Assembly (NCBI GenBank): GCA_964016885.1
Contig: OZ024760.1
Span: forward strand, 24,738,001 to 24,802,000
Reading direction: 5' to 3'
Source of the DNA: Eledone cirrhosa
Lineage: Eukaryota
DNA length: 64,000 bases
Position numbers and translations under genes: made by a program
Part shown: positions 57,650 through 64,000 of the stretch, piece by piece
Position numbering within the stretch: the stretch's first letter is position 1
Layout of the letters: the number at the start of each line of letters is the position of its first letter
Notes under the pieces: model-generated
Told to the model about the DNA's origin: nothing
Seen by the model: only the letters and a program-made list of their open reading frames with translations
Database searches by the model: none

Positions 57650-58713
57650 ACAGATCGGGTCCGGAAACAATTAATCAGATTCTTCCGCGACTGGGGATTT
57701 AAAATAACCCTACAAACGTCCCTGACCCGAGTAAACTTCCTGGACGTAACCCTCGACCTCGAAAACGACCTGTACTACCCATACAGGAAACCTAATGACA
57801 ATCTGCACTACATCCACCGCCGATCAAACCATCATAGGAACATCACAAACAACCTGGTCAAAAACATCTCCCTCCGCATATCCCGTTTGTCAGCTAATGA
57901 GCGGATATTCGATGAACATGCGCCTTATTACAACCAGGCCCTCAAGCGGAGTGGTTTCCGGGAGGAAATATCCTACTGTCCAGATTCCATTAGCGGAACC
58001 AGCAGGAGACACCGCCGCTCACGCAATGTAACATGGTTCAATCCTCCCCACAACGCAGAGGTGACTACTCCCATCGGGAAACTATTCTTTAGGCTCATTG
58101 AAAAACACTTCCCATTACAACACCGCTACCACAACATAATTAACAAAAATACCACCAAACTCTCTTACAGCACTACACCAAACTTCGCACAAAACATCGT
58201 CTCCTCTAACAACAAAAAACTCAACCCCGATGGCAGAAATAACCTAAATAGCAGTGGAGAACCGACCAGGAGGTGTAACTGCCCGGATAGATCTATTTGC
58301 CCACTCGACAATAGATGCAGAGACCGTAATGTGATCTACCAGTGCAACGTGAGGACGGATACCTCCAACAAAGCCTATATAGGACTTACCGCATGTGACT
58401 TCAAGACCCGGCTATACCAACATAGACATACCTTCCGAAACCGGCCCGGCGTCACGCCACTACACTTTCGGGCCACATATGGGACCTCAAGGACAACAAC
58501 ATCACCTATGATCTCACTTGGAGATTACTGTCCAGAGCCAATTCTTACACGGGAGGACGCCGTCCGTGCAATTTATGCTCGGAGGAAACTTTACAAATGC
58601 TGTTTTCGACGGACCAACTCCTAAACAAGAAAGATGAACTGGTTACTGCATGTAAACATAGATTGCGTAGGACTTACCTCGCCCTCAAACCCCATAATGA
58701 CCCGGGGGGGTAG
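57650..58713 (+). pseudogene. Penelope-like RT C-terminus/thumb plus GIY-YIG endonuclease (5'-truncated, one frameshift at ~58440)
   Basis: VNFLDVTLDL..PYRKPN..YIH..SNH, WFNPP, CNC-x5-CPL-x3-C, NVIY...AYIGLT..FKTRLYQH, and C-terminal CNLC..E...LLNK...CKH (this part is intact in the inverted arm, 57308-57644 minus). Confidence 0.9.
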
Positions 58714-59810
58714 ACTAGGGCTATAACACCCCAGTTGCCGATTTTGCAATGGGTAACCCCTGCTTGCCAAGGAAGACGTAAGATCTTCTTTGTATTCATT
58801 TATCGCATCCTTTATTTCCTTCCCCCCTCTCTCCTTTGTCCTTCTACCCCAGCTCTTCTCCTTTGTCGGCGTCTTTTCTCGCCCACCCGAGGCTGCCCTT
58901 TGGCCCCATGTAGCCTTAGTACCCCCACTCCCCCCTCCCCTAGTCTTTGATAGATTTGGCGGACTCCGCCCTTTATAGCAGTTGGCTTAGACTCCGGATA
59001 CTTGCCCCCCTTTCCGACCGCTCCCACTATTCTCTGTGCCCTCTATATTTCTTAGTGGCACTTATGCCTTATTTTTTTCGTTTCAGTATTTCTTGCTTCG
59101 CTTTTCTTCTGGGCGGGGTGGATTCTGAACTTATTTCTCCGTATTCTACCTTTATTTCGTACGAACTTTCATGTAGCTTGTTTTAGATCTTTTAGAGTTA
59201 GCATTAGTATATATTTTTCTCGGGACTCAGAATTATTATGTCGTACAAGTTCACTTTGCTGCACTGGGTCGTTGCTGGCCCGGGATGGAAACCTTTATTG
59301 TTTATTTCGTGGTAGTCTCTTTAGTATTTTGGCCCCTTTTGTTGACCAGTCACCGTATCATTTACGTACTTATACCTCTTAAAAGGGTCCTTGCCTAATT
59401 CGTCCCACCTAGTTCTATACTTATTTCCTTATTTATTTATTTATTTATTTATTTACTTCTTTCTTTCTTTCTTTATTTTATTCTCGCCTAACAATAGCCT
59501 GATACCTAGGTCGTAGAATTTAATTTTTTCTTTACACTTATTTGCTTTCCTTCACTCTCAGTATTTTTTCTTTCCTATTTCTACCCCCCATTGTTCTACC
59601 TACCGTTCCGACTTCCTCCCCCTCCCCCTCCCCTGTATCTTCTTTGACCTCATGCCCAGCTGTAGCTGGCACTACCAACGCTTGATTGGGTCTACTCCAC
59701 CCTCTCCCCTCTTTCTCCTACTGGCAGGTTTAGCCACCATCTCCCCTACTAATTTGCAACCACAGAATTACTACTGATTTTTGACAATCACTTTGACCAT
59801 ATATGGAATT

Positions 59811-59904
59811 ACCCCTTGAGAAGATCGGCTATTTAAATACCAGGATAAATGTTCATTTAGTCCAGAATTAGCCGTCGAAACGGCTTGAGCTCGGCTGTCG
59901 GGGT
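59811..59904 (+). ncRNA. Type I hammerhead ribozyme motif with U3-A8 core variant in the Penelope tail (mirror copy at 56116-56209, minus strand)
   Basis: ACCCC-UUGAGAA-GAUCGGCUA...UAGCCGUC-GAAA-CGGCU-UGAGCUC-GGCUG-UC^GGGGU. Confidence 0.75.
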
Positions 59905-59995
59905 CTTACTGGTTCCTATTACCCACTCTACTACCTCAAGTATTGAGTACTTTGGTGCGTTATGGTCCACCTGGTTCCTTACCACATTTCCTTCG

Positions 59996-60038
<43 letters not shown>

Positions 60039-60117
60039 CATATATATATATATATATACATATATATATACATATATATATGCATATATATATATGTATA
60101 TATACATATATATATAT

Positions 60118-60172
<55 letters not shown>

Positions 60173-60180
60173 GTATGTAT

Positions 60181-60434
60181 ATATTGTTATACTTTGGGAG
60201 GGTCATGTTGCCAATAAGAAACACACGCACCAGTTGCTTTCACTTCAATTTAATTTATTAAATATTTATAAATTTACAAATTTATAAATTTCTGGTTGGT
60301 TGTGGAACCAACCAACCAACCAGAAATTTATAAATTTGTAAATTTATAAATATTTAATAAATTAAATTGAAGTGAAAGCAACTGGTGCGTGTGTTTCTTA
60401 TTGGCAACATGACCCTCCCAAAGTATAACAATAT
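60181..60434. repeat. Perfect fold-back, ~122-bp arms, ~10-nt spacer
   Basis: 60181-60302 mirrors 60313-60434. The extension 60434-60492 matches the reverse complement of ~35880-35938. Confidence 0.9.
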
Positions 60435-60729
60435 CGGTTTCAACACACGATTTCAGATAAAGAATCTTGCTAAACAAATTCAGAAACGAAATGTATGTAT
60501 ATATTTATACATATATAACTTCAAGTCTTTGTATGTATACTCAACAGTCTGATTAAACAATGCAAAAATAGTATATATTGATATTATGTAATGACATTTC
60601 TACACCTCCCCCTCCCCTCCCCCTCTTCTTCTTATCCTGCTTTTTCTTCTCCTCCACCTCCTCCCCAACCTCCTTCTTCTTCTTCGTCTTCTTCATCATC
60701 ATCATCATCATTATCTTCTTCTTCTTGTT

Positions 60730-61020
60730 AGGCTAGCTAACTGGAGGAGAGGGGTGCTCTCCCTGGGTGCACTAGAAGCGCTGGGTTGTTCAGGATTGGT
60801 GGGGTACCCGAATCACCCCTGGATCGTCCATCCCCTATGTTCGAATTTATTTTGTTATATTTATACATAGTTTATTTCATATTTTTTATATCTTCATTGT
60901 TAAATTAGTCTTGCCATTGTGCACTTTTACTCGACCTTATTGTAAACTCCCCACTGTCCCTGTCTTTGTATTGTCCCCTAAACGTCGGCCCTTGTGGACA
61001 ATAAATAAAATCATTATTAT
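60730..61020 (+). mobile_element. Probable LINE 3' tail (Tx1-like)
   Basis: Ends CCCTTGTGGACAATAAATAAAATCATTATTAT; a similar terminus lies on the minus strand at ~26940-27165. Confidence 0.35.
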
Positions 61021-61021
61021 T

Positions 61022-61243
61022 AGGGGTGGATTGGCAGTATCGGTAGAGAGTCGGACGCCATGTTTTCCAGCATAGTTACGTCCCTTTTACGGTCTGAGTT
61101 CAAATCCCGTCGAGGTTAACTTTGCCTTTCATCCTTACGGGGTCGATAAAATAAAGTACCAGTAATGCACTGGGTAATTGCTGGCCTTGTGCCTAAAGTA
61201 GAAACAATTATTATTATTATTGTTGTTATTATTTTTATTATTA

Positions 61244-61280
<37 letters not shown>
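61022..61280 (+). mobile_element. SINE family A, full-length with (ATT)n tail
   Basis: A-box, B-box, core and tail. Confidence 0.92.
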
Positions 61281-61281
<1 letters not shown>

Positions 61282-61884
61282 CATTGGATACACTATAGAA
61301 TTATCTTCAATGCAATCGAATTCCCATTCGTAACTGAATGATATCCTCAAATACACATGCACACACACAAAGTTATACACTCTCACACACACGCAAACAT
61401 ACACTCGCAAACACACATATACACACAACCAAACAGACGCACACATATAGACACACAAACACACTATGTTGCTCTCTCTCTCTCTTTCTCTCTCACTCCC
61501 TATCTATCTATCTATCTATCTCTATCTATCTCTCTTTATATTTTTCAATTTTCTTCAATAAACTCATGTATCTATCCTCGATTCCCTCTCCCCCCTCTCT
61601 CTCTCCCTCTCCCTCTCTCTCTCTCTCTCTAAATTTATTGTTATTTGTATCATCTTTTTGTGGTGAAATTTACACAAATCTCTTTTATAAACCTAAAAAT
61701 TCTCCAGTAAAACTATTATCTGAGCTGTGATAAATAAATTTGTTTGAAATCAATTTCTAAAAGCTTCTTCATACATCTTTTATTCAATCATATTATAATT
61801 TATAAAACGTCTGGAAGTATTTTCCTCATATCTAGATCTTTTCGTCTGTTATGTGAAGAAGACCAACGTTTTAGTAACTGCCAG

Positions 61885-62732
61885 GGTCTTGGCTGACTAT
61901 GAAGAAGTCATGATAGAGCTGTGAAATCTTGTTGGCATTAATTTCAGCTCTTCTTATGGTCAGAGTTAACTTTGCCTTTCATCCTTACGGGGTCGATAAA
62001 ATAATGTACCAGTAATACACTGGAATAATTATTTGCCTTGTGCCAAAAGTAGAAACAACTAATTTCAGCTCTTCTTATAAATAACTGCATTGTTTTATTT
62101 CAGGGACTATGTGGGAAAATAAACCTCATTTGGTTATTCCATGAGAGTATCTTGGTCATAGGCTGACTATGAGAGAAGGATGCTAGAGCTGTGAAATCGT
62201 GTATACTTTAATCTCAGCTCTTATAAATAACAGCATTGTTTCTTTGCAGGGACTATGTTGGAAAATAAATCTCATTTGGTCATTCCATGAGAGTATCTTG
62301 GTCATAGGCTGACTTTGAAGCGGTGATGCTAGTGTTGTGAAATCTTGCATGCTTTAATTTCATCTCTTTTTATTAATAACTGAATTTTTTTTTCTAGGGA
62401 ATATATTGGAAAATAAACCTCATTTAGTCATTCTATGAGAGTATATTGGTCATAGGCTGACTGCAGGTTTAAAGCTAGGGTTGTGAAATCTTGCATACTA
62501 TAATTTCAACTGTTTTTATTAATAACATTTTTTTCTTCTAGGGACTATGCTGGAAAATAAACCTCATTTAGTCATTCCACGAGAGTATATTGGTCATAGG
62601 CTAACTATGCAGGATTAATGCCAGAAATGTGGAATCTTGCATGCTTTAATTTCAAATCTTTTTTATTAATAACTGCAATTTTTTTTTCTAGTGACTATGT
62701 TGAAATATAAACCCCATGAGAGTATTTTGGTC
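61885..62732 (+). repeat. Diverged ~147-bp tandem repeat (about 5 units)
   Basis: GGGACTATG-like starts at ~62103, 62249, 62397, 62541 and 62691. Confidence 0.85.
61958..62059 (+). mobile_element. 5'-truncated SINE family A with a 19-bp target-site duplication
   Basis: TAATTTCAGCTCTTCTTAT at 61939-61957 and 62060-62078. Confidence 0.85.
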
Positions 62733-63542
62733 GGCTTATGAACTTTTCAGTCTTTTTAATTTTTAGCCAATCCACGTGTATGTAAGCAGACATGTTTTAT
62801 GTCTATGCATAAATCCAATATAAACTTTAAACTTGCGAGCGTTAATGAAAATTTAGACATAGTAGAATATTATGGCTTCCTTTCATTTATATATACTCTG
62901 TGGCACATGAGTTAGATTTGTGACTCTTTTAATATTTTTCATTTCACCTGTTTTATAGTCTTTGTTTAATGATATTGCATGATTGTAACTTTTTTCCCCT
63001 CTATAATAAATATGGCGGTAGTTTGGTTTTAAAATCTGAAATAAAATTGGGAGGAAATTACGAATATGAAAAAAAAATCATTAAATGTTTATATGGTAAA
63101 GCAGTATATGTGGCATTCTTTATTTATGTAGTTTAATATGACCTTTTAGGTCATATTAAATATAATATGTGAGGAAATAAAACTATTTTCTACAGTTGGT
63201 GCTTGCAAATCAATATAAAACAAAGTCAGTAACTGCTCGAAGACTCACATTTAGATCTTTTGTTTAGAATAACCAAAAGTTTGTGAGGATCTTTTATTTT
63301 TATTTCTATCAATCAGGTAATAAGAACAAGGTCATAACCGATTTTCTTTTAATTTCATGTCCTATATGACTGGTAAAGGAAGATGAACATAAGAGGTGCA
63401 GCCATTTTAAAACTGAAGGCTTCGCCATCACGATCTCCTCAGAGAACTAAGTGAAATGCACCCAAATATTAGACACCTCACGCGTGACTTTATATGTTGA
63501 GAATACAAAACCCCATGACACTTCACCCAACAATTAATAGTT

Positions 63543-64000
<458 letters not shown>

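Larger units (their letters stand above)
56101..59998 (+). mobile_element. Penelope-like element (Naiad-type), 5'-truncated, with inverted 5' arm
   Basis: 56101-57644 is the near-perfect reverse complement of 58378-59919. The centre encodes RT end plus GIY-YIG. (TA)n lies on both sides. Confidence 0.93.

Noticed and set aside
57650-58713. Selenocysteine recoding as reported for some Naiad elements
   Set aside because: Conserved Cys positions visible here use TGT/TGC and there is no in-frame TGA in the fragment.

Overview
This is AT-rich, microsatellite-saturated eukaryotic non-genic DNA. The SINE families and repeat landscape suggest a cephalopod, probably an octopod (inference). I found no host protein-coding gene; nearly all listed ORFs are translations of microsatellites. 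Recognisable content: a 21-bp minisatellite, GA/CT complex satellites, many tRNA-derived SINEs, fragments of RTE, CR1 and R4/Dong-type LINEs, and a young 5'-truncated Penelope-like element (Naiad-type RT-thumb plus GIY-YIG) with a 1.54-kb inverted arm. The main finding is a 310-bp near-identical tandem array (13351-20216, ~22 copies). Every unit carries a type I hammerhead ribozyme motif within a hairpin-rich sequence. The array is split into two inverted arms whose ribozyme-sense 3' ends point outward into (TA)n, the same geometry as the Penelope insertion. This fits a retrozyme/circRNA mobilised by Penelope-like machinery. The Penelope tail carries its own hammerhead with a U3-A8 core covariation, and several more minimal hammerhead motifs occur in small fold-back insertions across the window. 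All ribozyme calls are by-eye structure matches; activity is untested.
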